Shown here piece after piece: positions 42,719 to 53,615 of a stretch of 64,000 nucleotides of DNA. Location of the stretch: NCBI GenBank assembly GCA_002269645.1, contig NIVC01001130.1:289815-353814 (forward strand), read 5' to 3'. The first letter of the stretch is position 1. Each line of letters opens with the position of its first letter. The stretch is from Macrostomum lignano (taxonomy: Eukaryota). Both the position numbers and the translations under genes were made by a program. The notes under the pieces are model-generated. The model searched no databases, was not told the DNA's origin, and worked only from the letters and a program-made list of their open reading frames with translations.

Positions 42719-44569
42719 GCTGAGAGAACTCAGTCAACAGCAGGGACGCGCGCCGCCGTGCATTTTAAAGAAGGTGCTGCATTGCCGAAACCGGAATGCC
42801 GGAATGCTGATGATGAAGGCTTAGATGACAGAGCTTGGATGCTGCTGCTGTCGCTGGGTGGAGTGCAGGTGACGCTTTGTCGGACAGAAAGTGAGAGTAA
42901 AGAGGAAATCAGAGATGCTTCTTCTAGGAGCTAAATTCGACAAGAAATACAAGAAGCTATTGGGAGAATGGCTTGCACTCATCGCGCCTGACACGCAGCG
43001 CAAACAAACAGAAGTAGAGTAGTCTAAGAGAAATGCGTTTTTTTTACCAAAACTTTATTGTCACTGAGAGCTGGGCAGACGGTTTAACATCTAACTGTCT
43101 TCTGCTTCCAGTGTAAGAAGAACAGATGAGACAGATAAAGATAGACAGGCAGAGGAGAGGAGAGAAATTAGTAATGAGAAATTTGGCATCTACCAACATT
43201 TGCAGTGGTGTAGTCTTACACAAATTCTCCTGGGGTTGGGCGATAAACCGATATTTAAAAGGCCCCCGAGCACGCGCCCCGAGCACCCGAAAACCCACCT
43301 GGAGGCCGCGCCAGCTTTATTTATTAAGACAGCCCCCCAGTCAGTCGTTTTCGGTTGAAACGCTTTCGACAAAAGCGACTTTTTGACAATGCGCAGCGGA
43401 TCGGCCTGAACATCTCCAATGAGCAGGCAACCAACCAGCCCCCTTGGCCACTAAAGCTGGTGTGTTGCGGCCCCTGTTTGCTCAGTATCAGGTTTACTAT
43501 TTAGCCCCCCTCCCTCTGCAGTCGTGGAAAGCTGGGGCCCTCGAGCGTTAGCCACTGTATAGGTAGGGTGGGGACCCCCGACAAGCCGACCAACAATACA
43601 AATATTGCTGCTAAGTCGTCTGTCCAAGTCGAGCAACTGCTAGCTTAGAGAGAGAGATTCTCGAGAGTATTTAGTCTCTGATCAGCGAAAATGGGCACAG
43701 TGCTACAGGGGTACGGACAGTGCCAGTGGCAGAATGCAAGACAGTTCTCTATCCCCCCTATTGGCTTATTTGTACAGAGTGGCAAAGGCAACCAAACTTA
43801 GGATAAGAGAAAGGTTTTTGGCCACTCTGTGTTTGCTAAGCCTTCACTTCTACTCTCTATACGTAAGCAATGCGGTTAGAAGGCCCCCGACCAGGTAACT
43901 TCAAGTTTAAATGGCTTATTAAATACAATTTGAGCATTGGTAAAAAAAACTGAAATCTGAGAATCCAAGTAGTCTGTGTGTTGGTTTGATCAGTTTGAAC
44001 TGGAACAACTATAGTGACCCCCCTCCTAGCTTAGCAACAAAAACCGCCGCACCATGTCAAGAGACAAACAAGCATGCAGGCCAAAGCTGAACGAAGCCAA
44101 AGATTTCCCATGCGAGTGGAGAAGTTTTGAAAATTTGTTTTGTTTGCTCTGATAAATGGCTGAGGCGGCGGGCTCTGATCAGTTGCACAACAGTTTAAAA
44201 TTAGTTCTATGGCAATAACCGGGCGGGGGGCTAGCTAATTTAATCTAGAACATAAAAATTCAACGTGCGGATGAGGACTTCGTGACCGAACTGAAAGGAA
44301 ATGAAATGCTATGCATGGGTCTGTACTGCAGCTTAGTGGTAAACGCATCTCTGACTCTCGCGCCGCAACCCCTGCTTTGATTTCGAGGTTGAGCATGAAA
44401 ATTGGCCGGCGGGGGGGGGCTGTCTTGCTGTACATGCCTGACGATAGGAAAGTCAGGACCGCTGTACACCCTGTGTGCCTGCGTACGTATCAGTGTGTGC
44501 GTGCTCAGGGATCAGCAGAGTGGGCGTGACTGCTCTTGCTTCCTCGATTTCATCTCTCTATCAACTCAC

Positions 44570-44842
44570 CTCTTCCAGCGTCTCCGCTTCCGCTTCCGGC
44601 TGACTTATTAGCCACGGTGTCGCCGGCTTCAAGCACTGGCTGAGTGTCCGGGTGCGGATGCTCCGTGTTGATCTGCAGCAGGCCGCCAGGGCCATACAGC
44701 AGCCCGAGCTCCCTGGCCTCCTGCTCCTCCTGAGCCTGTTGGCGGCGCAGCGCCACCTGAGCCGCCATGACCCGCTGCCGCTCGGAGATCAGGGTGCACT
44801 TGGTGCACATGCAGTCTTTCCAGCGGCAGTAGCGCTTGTGAC
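44570..44842 (-). CDS. dmrt: Dmrt exon 2 (second half of DM domain [35 protein letters not shown])
   Basis: AG at 44843-44844, GTGAGT donor at 44569, phase 1/1. Confidence 0.97.
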
Positions 44843-44930
44843 CTGGCGAAACAGAATTCAGATTAACATGGACTGTTCAACTAATGGACTGTTGCTATGG
44901 TCAGAGTGGAATATAAGATCCTTAGAAGCT

Positions 44931-45310
44931 ATCCTGTGACTCAAGCTGACAGCATCCTGTGACTCAATCTGAAAACATCCTGTGACTCGACCTGACAACA
45001 TCCTGTGACTCAATCTGACAACATCCTGTGACTCAATCTGACAGCATCCTGTGACTCGACCTGACAACATCCTGTGACTCAATCTGACAACATCCTGTGA
45101 TGCAAGCTGACAGCATCCTGTGACTCAAGCGGACAGCATCCTGTGACTCAATCTGACAGCATCCTGTGACTCAAACGGACAGAATCCTGTGACTCAACCT
45201 GACAGAATCCTGTGACTCAATCTGACAGCATTCTGTGACTCAAGCTGACACCATCCTGTGACTTAATCTGACAACATCATGAGACTCAATCTGACAACAT
45301 CATGAGACTT
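44931..45310. repeat. 23-bp minisatellite (ctgacagcatcctgtgactcaat), ~16 copies, Dmrt intron 1
   Basis: Direct. Confidence 0.95.
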
Positions 45311-45324
45311 ATATTTGTTCTCAC

Positions 45325-45511
45325 CTTTCAACGCCGAGACGACACCGTGATTGCGGCACCTGGCGCACTTCGGCGTCCTTGGATACCGGTCCGAGGCGCG
45401 CAGGAACAGCGGGTGCGAGCCGTAGCCGCCGCCGCCGCCGCCGCCGTAGCCCGAAGCTGTCTCGGCCGAGTCCATCTCAGTGGGCGAGTCGGGGTTCTCT
45501 TCGGTGGACAT
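45325..45511 (-). CDS. dmrt: Dmrt exon 1 (MSTEEN...[28 protein letters not shown]), DMRTA2/Dmrt99B class
   Basis: ATG at 45511, GTGAGA donor at 45324; [14 protein letters not shown] plus DMA domain fits the DMRTA group. Confidence 0.93.
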
Positions 45512-45626
45512 TTTATCTGTCTGTCTGTCTTGCCAAAGGGTTCTGCAAACACGATGCCTTCTCAAGGTGGTACAAGCCGAGAGAAAAGTGGCTCTTGTTG
45601 TCAATGGGAGGCCGCCAGAACGGTGA

Positions 45627-45790
45627 ATTTATAGTCTGGGCGGGCTGGAGTTTCCAAGCCGGCCGGCCACCCCTCATGTCAGTCAATTTGCAATGGAGGC
45701 GAGACCCAACGCTTAGCGGCGGGTTGCCGCTCATTGGCTGGGCGGCTGGGGTTCGCGAATTTTCGGTTTAGGCGGGGTGGGGTGCTCTGG
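45627..45790 (-). promoter_or_regulatory. Putative Dmrt core promoter (GC boxes, CCAAT, TATA)
   Basis: Minus strand: ccgcccAGCCAATGAg at ~45746-45731, tgactgaca at ~45685-45677, CTATAAAT at 45634-45627, ~115 nt before the ATG. Confidence 0.5.
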
Positions 45791-46046
45791 GGTGGGGCTG
45801 CTACTGCTTGCCGCTTTGCCGCTCCTGCCGGCTCGGGAAACAGTTTTGTTCGATATTGACTACTTATGTAAGTAGGGTATTAACAAATAAATTTTTTCAA
45901 CTTGTAGGTTAAGCCAAATTTATAACTTAGACTGTCGTGACAGCTCGTGATTTCGTAAACTGGATTGAAAGCTGAAAATTATGGATTGTACCTACGGACT
46001 TCGCTGAGATCGCCAAGATTCGATAATATGAAGACTAAATTCGACA

Positions 46047-46995
46047 ATGTGACCCAACCTGACAAGATGTGACTCATGCAGCCAAGATCATGTGACTCGT
46101 GCTGACATCAATATGTGACTAAATCTGACAGCATCCTGTGATTCAACCTGACAGCATCATGTGATGCAACTTGACAGCATCTTGTGACTCAATCTGACAG
46201 TATCCTGTGACTCAGTCTGACAGCATCCTGTGACTCAATCTGACAGCATCCTGTGACTCGACCTGACAGCATCCTGTGACTCAACCTGACAGCATCCTGT
46301 GACTCAACCTGACAGCATCATGTGACTCAATATGACAACAGCATGTGACTCAACCTGACAGCATCCTGTCACGCAATATGCCAGCATCCTGTGACGCAAT
46401 ATGGCAGCATCCTGTGACTCAATCTGACAACATCCTGTGACTCAATCTGACAGCATCCTGTGACTCAACTTGACAGCATCCTGTGACTCAACCTGACAGC
46501 ATCATGTGACTCAACTTGACAGCATCCTGTGACTCAACCTGACAGCATCATGTGACTCAACCTGACAGCATCCTGTCACGCAATATGCCAGCATCCTGTG
46601 ACGCAATATGGCAGCATCCTGTGACTCAATCGGACAACATCCTGTGACTCAATCTGACAGCATCCTGTGACTCAACTTGACAGCATCCTGTGACTCAACC
46701 TGACAGCATCATGTGACTCAATATGACAACAGCATGTGACTCAACCTGACAGCATCCTGTCACGCAATATGGCAGCATCCTGTGACTCAATCGGACAGCA
46801 TCTTGTGACTCAATCTGACAGTATCCTGTGACTCAGTCTGACAGCATCCTGTGACTCAATCTGACAGCATCCTGTGACTCGACCTGACAGCATCCTGTGA
46901 CTCAATCTGACAGCATCCTGTGACTCAACCTGACAGCATTCTGTGACTCAACCTGACAGCATTCTGTGACTCAACCTGACAGCATCCTGTGACAG
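46047..46995. repeat. 23-bp minisatellite (same unit and orientation as 44931-45310), ~41 copies with higher-order blocks
   Basis: Direct; variant block gcaatatg(c/g)cagc recurs at ~46375, 46580, 46765. Confidence 0.95.
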
Positions 46996-47240
46996 CTGAC
47001 AAATACATGTGATATCGTTTGACACAATTGGTATGCTGATTTTAAGAGAATCAATAGGAAAATCCGCATTAAATATGGTCACTAGTCAGATAAATTACAG
47101 TCTTGTTTTACCTACTGTTAGTAGCTTGACTTACTTGACTTAGCTGCAGGGGGCGTCCGGCGGATGCAGCGAGGAGGCGGAGGAGACCGCCCATTCCGCT
47201 AGCCCCTGGCGACCAACGACTTCCGTTGAAGTGGTGTCGC

Positions 47241-50200
47241 TCAGGGGGACCCGTCGGTCTCGCCTGCAGCGCGGTCCTCCTCACCGACGGTGGGGAAGAA
47301 ATCAGCTCGTCCGGTGTCCCTGAGGTACCGGGCGAGCAGCGGGATGCTCTCGGGCCTGCAAACGTCGGAGAGAACCGGGTTTGGCCCGAGGTGAGTAAGC
47401 CTGGCCCTGGTGAAAACCGGGCAGTGGCAGATAAAATGCTCGGCGTTTTCACTGCCTGAGCGGCAGAAGGGGCACCGCTCCTCGGGTACTTGGCCCTGAA
47501 GGAAGCGGTGGCGAGAGAAGCAGCCATGCCCGGAGAGGGCCATGCTAACTGCTCTGAGGTCTCTGCGGTTGAGCCTGAGGAGGGCTCTACGCAGGAGAGG
47601 AGAGGGGCAGGGGACGGCAGCACGGGATTGCCTACAATTCCGGGTGTCGTGCCACCTGCGGAGATGCTCGGAGTCAGCCCAGCGCTTAACGCGGGAATTG
47701 ATCACCGAGGCGGGGATGGGGGCACCCGGGCCCGGCCCCAATAGCGCGCCGGCGGAGCCAGCCTTGGCCAGCAGGTCAGCGCGCTCGTTGCCGGGAAGCC
47801 GGCGTGGCCCGGGATCCATCTGAGCTCCACCTGGTTGCCTAGCGCAAGCCCGTTGAGCTGGGTGTTGCAGTCCAGGACGGACCTGGAGCTGGCGGTGCTG
47901 CGGCAGAGGGCCCGAAGGGCTGCTTGGCTGTCAGAGTGAAAAATAAATTTCCGGCCGCTAAGCTGCCTTCGGCGCAGCTCTGCCGCGCAGGAGCTGATGG
48001 CAAGCACCTCGCTCTGAAAAACACTGGAGTTGAGCCCAGTGTGCTGGGAGTAGCTCCACACCACTTCTCCCTTGAAGAAGACGCAAGCTCCGAAGCCTGA
48101 AAGACCATGCCTCATAGAGCCGTCAGTGTAACAGTGGACTTCAGAGTCGCTCCAGCTGTCACTCGCCTCGTGTCGAGGCTGAATGGTGACCTTATACCTT
48201 TGGCTCAGGAGAAGGGTGGCTGGGATCGAGTCCGTGAGGATGTTGAGCCCGCCACACTCCTCGAGAGCCTTGAGGCAGAGGTCAGAGTGCGGGATAAGCG
48301 ACCGCTTCTTAAAGGCCCGCACTTTCTTGAAGGCCACCCCAGCATCCAGAAGACGCCGGGTGCTCTTCGCCGCCTCTCCTTTGATATAAATATCCAAAGG
48401 AGGGGCACAGAGGAAGGCATTCATGCCTTCAAAAGGAGTAGAGGGTGGAGCGCCCATAGTCATGCGGCAGGCTCTGCCCTGGATTTTGTAGAGAGCGTCG
48501 AGGTTGCTCTTGACGCTCAGGCCGCTAGCCCACACGAGGCTGGCGTAACTGATCGAGGGGCGGATGATGGCAGTGTAAATCCACCACAGCTTCCTGGGGG
48601 TGAGCCCCCAGGTGGTGCCCACGGCGCGCCTGATCTGAGCCAGTACAGCCAGGGCTTTTTTGGCTTTAGTTTGAATGTGCGGAGTCCAGTTAAGCCTGTG
48701 GTCCAGAGTGAGGCCCAGGCAGCGGACCTGCTTCTCCATGGAAATATTCTTTCCATAGAGGGTGAGGGGCTTAATGGTCCAGAGCAGTTTGTTGGTAAAC
48801 ATGACTGCTGTGGTTTTCGACTCTGAGAGTCTAAGGCCACATTGGTCTGCCCAACGCTCCGCTCGTCCCAGAAAGCCCTGCAGAAGGTCTCTGATGGTAT
48901 CAACCGAGGGGCCCGCGCATATCGCGGTCACATCATCGGCATAGCCCACCTTGAGAATGGGGTCGTGGAGATCACTGCAAAGCAACTCATCCATGACCAT
49001 GTTCCAGAGAACGGGGGTGAGAACGCCGCCCTGGGGGCCCCCTTTCAGGACAGGCACCGAAAGAGAGCTGCCGCTCAGATGGGCCACAACAGTGCGGTTT
49101 CGGATCATGAACATGATCCACCGGACAAGGTGAGGGTGCGTGGCCCTGGATTCCAGGGCTCTGCAAAAGGCCTCGAAGATGACGTTGTCGAAGGCCCCCT
49201 CAATGTCCAGGAAAAGCGAGAGGGCAAAGCCGCTGCCAAGAACGGCCCTCTCCAGGAAGTCACAATGACATGGAGAGCACTCTCGGTTGACCTGCCCGCG
49301 CGGAAGGCGTGCTGGTTCTGCGAGAGTGGGAAGCGCTTCAGCTCGACCGAAAGTAGGCGCCAAAGCACCAGTCTCTCGAGGAGCTTGAGGCAGAAAGAAG
49401 TGAGGCTGATAGGCCTGAAGGCCTTCACCGATTGGTAGTCGCTCTTTCCAGGCTTGGGGATAAAGACCACCCGGGCCTCTCTCCATGCAACTGGTACATA
49501 GCCCAGCTCCACACAAGCTCGAAGGAGACGACAGAGCAGGTCCAGGAAGCGGTGGTTTTTCACCGCCTCGTGCAAGAACGCTGGGTAGATGCCGTCGGGC
49601 CCAGGCGCCTTGAACGGGTTAAAGGACCTTGCCGCTCTAATAATGCGGTCTTTGGTGATCATAGACTTTGCTAGGCCTTGCCCTCCCACTGTGTGGTCGG
49701 GCGGGCCCTGCTGAGTCGGAGATTTAGGGAAAAAACTGCTGAGCATGAGCTCTAGAGTCTCTTCCGAACTCTCTGTGACCGAGCCGTCAGGTCTCTTCAC
49801 AACAGAGAGTTTAGAAAAACGGTCATTAGTGAGTGCCTTAACCACGCGGGCAACGGGGCGAGAGCCCTCAAGCCCTTCGCAATATTGGCGCCACTTGGCC
49901 GTCTTGGCCCTTCTGACTTGGCCCTTAAACTCGTGGATCGCACGGGTATAGGCCTCTCTGTCAGATGGGTCTTTGGTTTTGAGCGCTCGCCTTTGGAGGG
50001 TCCTGGCTCGGCGTCGAAGGGCCCCGAGCTCTGGGTTCCACCAGGGAGCAGATTTCTTGCCTTTATAGGCCTTTAGGGGCAGGCTGCTTCAAAGGCAGTG
50101 GTGATCGCCCCGCCCAGGGAGGAGGCGAGATCGTCCACCACCTGGCAGTCAGAGAGGTCACTGGGGGGGTCAAGATCCCGAAGGCCGCGGCTCAGCTTCG

Positions 50201-50942
50201 AGCCAAAGGCGGCCCAATCGGTGTTCCTGACGTTCCGACTCCAAGTGACCTTAGGCTTTTGCTTGGTCGGCCCAATGCAAAAGCGGATAAAGCGGTGGTC
50301 CGAGAGCGAGTCCTCGTCCCACACTCGCCAGCCCGTAACTGCGGAAAGCAGTCCGGGTGAGGCGATGGTGGTGTCGATGACTTCGGCCCACCGCCCATTA
50401 TTGAACGTTGGTGCATTGCCCACGTTACAGAAGTTGAGGTTAGTGCTGCTGACATAGGCCAGCAGCTCCTCGCCTCTGCTATTGATGTTCTTGCTGCCCC
50501 AATGCAGGTGGTGTGCGTTCACATCCCCTGCAATGAGCAGCTCGAACCGATGGGACGCAGCATAGTCAGTAAGGTTGACTAACGCGTCGCAGACAACTGG
50601 GGCATCGCCCGGGAAATAGGCAGAAGCTACCAGCACAGGTTTATTGGGAATGAGGTTATTGATTTGAACAACACAGATGTCCCCAGTCGAGAGATCAGGT
50701 CTCATCCATGCCTCAAAAGCTTTTGCAGCAAAGACCAGAGATCTTGGGCGAGGCTGAGAGCCCGCCATGCAAAAACAGTGGTAGCCAGATGGCACATTAT
50801 TTGGCTTACCTTTAGTCATCCAGGGCTCCTGTACGAAGACCAGGCCCGGAAGCTGTTGCTCTGCCGTGCGCATCAGGTTGACCGACGCCGCCACGCAGTG
50901 CTGGGTGTTGATCTGCAGACACCAGGTAGTCGCTGGCATCAT
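47241..50942 (-). CDS. LINE ORF2: AP endonuclease, reverse transcriptase, RNase H, CCHC finger (three 1-nt deletions at ~50077, ~49261, ~47794)
   Basis: QINTQH, VQEPW, GDVNAHH, SDH (APE); KAPGPDG, FRPISLTS, LDIEGAFD, GGPQGGVLTP, YADD (RT); YTDGS, SEVLAI, SDSQAA, WIPGHAG/GNERAD (RNH); CPFC..AEHFICHC. 3702 nt + 3 = 1235 codons. Confidence 0.93.
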
Positions 50943-52432
50943 TGCAGATCGGATGTTGCAGCCGCCAGGAGTTCCTCCTCCTCCTCGGCGCTCACCGGCT
51001 TCGGGTCGGGGTCGCCGGTGTCCATGGGCTCTTCTTCAGCAAAAGGCCCCCGATTGGCCGGAAGGCAGTAGGCAGCGTTCGCCGCCCTTTGCCCACCATC
51101 CATGGGGTCCTCCGCCTCAGATTGGCCCAATGCCTGGAGCAGCCAGCCGCCTGGGCAGGCGGGTCCGTCTCCAGTCGGCCCTGCCCCGAGGGGTTGGGCC
51201 CAGCTGGGACGTCCCCACCCTCCCTGGACGAACTGGTGCGCCTAGGCGTCCCGGCGACCTCTCGCCTCAGCTGGGAGATTTTGGCGGTACGGACTGCCTC
51301 AGCTGCGCGCTGGTACAGGCCGCGCCGCTTGGTGCTGCGCGCCGGGCGTCGGTCGCCTCCGCCCTCAGCAGCGCGCTCAGCTTTGCCCGCGCGGCCGTGC
51401 TGGACGGGGCGGTTTGCTTTGCCTGGCAGAAGCTCGCCTCGGCCCCGGCCGCCTCCGTGTCCCGCCCGCCCTGCTCACAGCCACGGGGAGGGTCGGCCTC
51501 GTAGGTGCGGATGCGCAGCTTCCAAAGGCCGACGTTGATGAAGCTGCCGTGCGGATAGCGCCTCATCCAGGCGTCCGACAGCCCCAGGATGGCTGTGAAG
51601 CCAGTGCCGTCGGTGCGCTTAAGGGTGTCATGCACCACTAGGCCCGCGGCGGGAAGCTCTCGGTGACTGCTAGCAGTCCTTTCCGGAGCTCGTCAGCAGA
51701 TGTAACGACGCTTCTGGCCGGAACCCAGATTCGATGCCTCTTGGTCCGGGGCGCTCGTCCTCTCTGCAGAAGGCTAGATTGAGGTCCCAGCACTGCTCGG
51801 GCAGCAGCTCAAGGAGCCGCCGTCCCGATTCAGCATCACTGGGCCAAATAAAAAGGCACGAGTCCCTCGTCGCATTCGAGTGAATGTTCAGAGGCGTGCC
51901 CTTCAGAGTAAGCTTCCACAGGAGGCCATCAACGGCACTCTCACCTGCTTCAGCTGGTTCGGGACAGGCGCGCGTCCTTCCCAGAATGACAACCGCCGGT
52001 TGCCTCTTTGCCGCATCAGCATAGGAGGCCCGGGAGTCGGTCGAGCCTTTTTCAGGAGACTGTCCATCCTTCCGGCTGCATCAGCCTTCCTATCCTGGGC
52101 AGGGACTTCAGTGCCCTCTTCCGCCACCGCCCCAGATTGGGAAGCTTCCGCTGCCGCGGGCCGTTGGCCCATGGCGCCGGTTAGGCTTCCATCCTCCTTG
52201 GCCCGCCTCGCCTTGTTAAGTCGACGGCGGGCAGCTCCAGAGGTGGTGCTCAGCTGCTTGGCAGCTGGAGTAGCAGGTGTCTTCTCGGAGGCACCGCTCA
52301 GAGTTGGCTCCACGGGTCTCGCCGAGGCGTCCCTGATGGTAGCAGATGGTATGGCCGCGGAGTCCACGGCCCCGGCCGAGGCCGGAGGCACTGTGTCATC
52401 CACAGCCGGTTGTTACTTCGGTTAGAAGCCAT
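50939..52432 (-). CDS. LINE ORF1 (gag-like, probably DUF4780-type), frameshifted
   Basis: ATG 52432; segments MASNRSNN/AVDDTVPP.../SYADAAKRQPAVVILG.../RTKRHRIWVP.../VVHDTLKRTDGTGFTAILGLSDAW join by single-base additions; stop TGA at 50941-50939. Confidence 0.7.
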
Positions 52433-53615
52433 TGGCTGGAAGTAAAAAGGTGGGACTTCCTGCAGAACACAGGCATAGAGCCGCAAGGCCGCAACCCCAA
52501 ACCAAGCGGCAGGCCCCCAAAAAGCAAAATACCACCCTGCGGGGGGACCCAAAAGCGCAAGGGGAACCGTTAGCGACCAGACTACTCCCTGGCCAAGCGT
52601 CCATCAGCACGGAGTTACACTGGGACATTAGAGGGTGCGTTTATGGTCACACCAGGACCCGGCGCCAACGAATCAGCTCGGCAGGGCCCAAGGGGGCCTG
52701 CCTTAACACCCACGGGATGAGTACCCTTCGAAGTGCGCCTTGCAAGGTGAAAATCAGGAGACAGAGTCTCTTGAGCTATCAGCCCGCCAGGGGAGGCAGG
52801 TGTGAGCATCGCTGGCTGGGATAAAGGCCATACCAGTCTCATACTGCACAGATAGTTCACCACGCCATTACGTGCAGGACCCGGGGTCCTGGGGGCAACA
52901 GCCCCGGCACTGTTAGTAGCACTTCCTGTTTAATTTTATGTTGTTGTTTGTAAATATTGGCTTGTTAAATTTAACTACTATAAATATGTTAATAAAGGAC
53001 GCAATAAAGCTGACAAATTAATGTTTTACTGTTAGAATAGAAGCTCGCGTCACGGTCTCGGGGCGGTGCACCTGAGGATTATTCCAGCAATTCTGGATTC
53101 CATCAGGGTCATCGTCCACAATCCTAGGAAGAGAATTATAATAAAATATGCACAATGACTCATGAATAAATTAGCACTGATGTGCAAATTTCTCACAAAC
53201 ACTAAAAGTACCGTTCTGTGGGAAAGATAATAAATGAAATTAATTTTTGTAGCCCTATGATCCAGAATTTGATTGACAGCGGTCTGCGCGCAAGCTTCTC
53301 TGATGCTTATTTTGGTATCCATCAGTTGATTAGTGAATTAGTGAGGAAGGAGCAGAATTTAACAGTAATATTGGATCTGCCCCAAATTGCTTTGGATATA
53401 TCTGCCATTCAATATTCCTTATTTGGAATCTATATGCTTGAGACTTCTCTTCAAGCTTTTCTATTCAAGTATTTCATCCACTCACGCAACGTCTTAATGC
53501 CTTAATTAACCAATTCCGGTGCTATTCCATCTTTCGTAGAAATCCTCACAAAATATTTACTGGCTTGAACAAAACATTAACTGATGACTTATCTGCGACA
53601 TCAGCGAATTCAGAC

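Larger units (their letters stand above)
47126..52908 (-). mobile_element. Full-length non-LTR retrotransposon (APE-RT-RNase H, LOA/R1-like clade), 5783 bp
   Basis: 12-bp TSD actgttagtagc at 47114-47125 and 52909-52920; 3' tail (taagtcaag)x2; two ORFs. Confidence 0.93.

Noticed and set aside
47138-47200. HDV-ribozyme-like words in the LINE 3' UTR (GCC-TCCTCGCT-GC...GG...GCTAAG on the minus strand)
   Set aside because: P3 is imperfect, P1 is partial and no P2 partner strand exists downstream; the 3' location is also atypical
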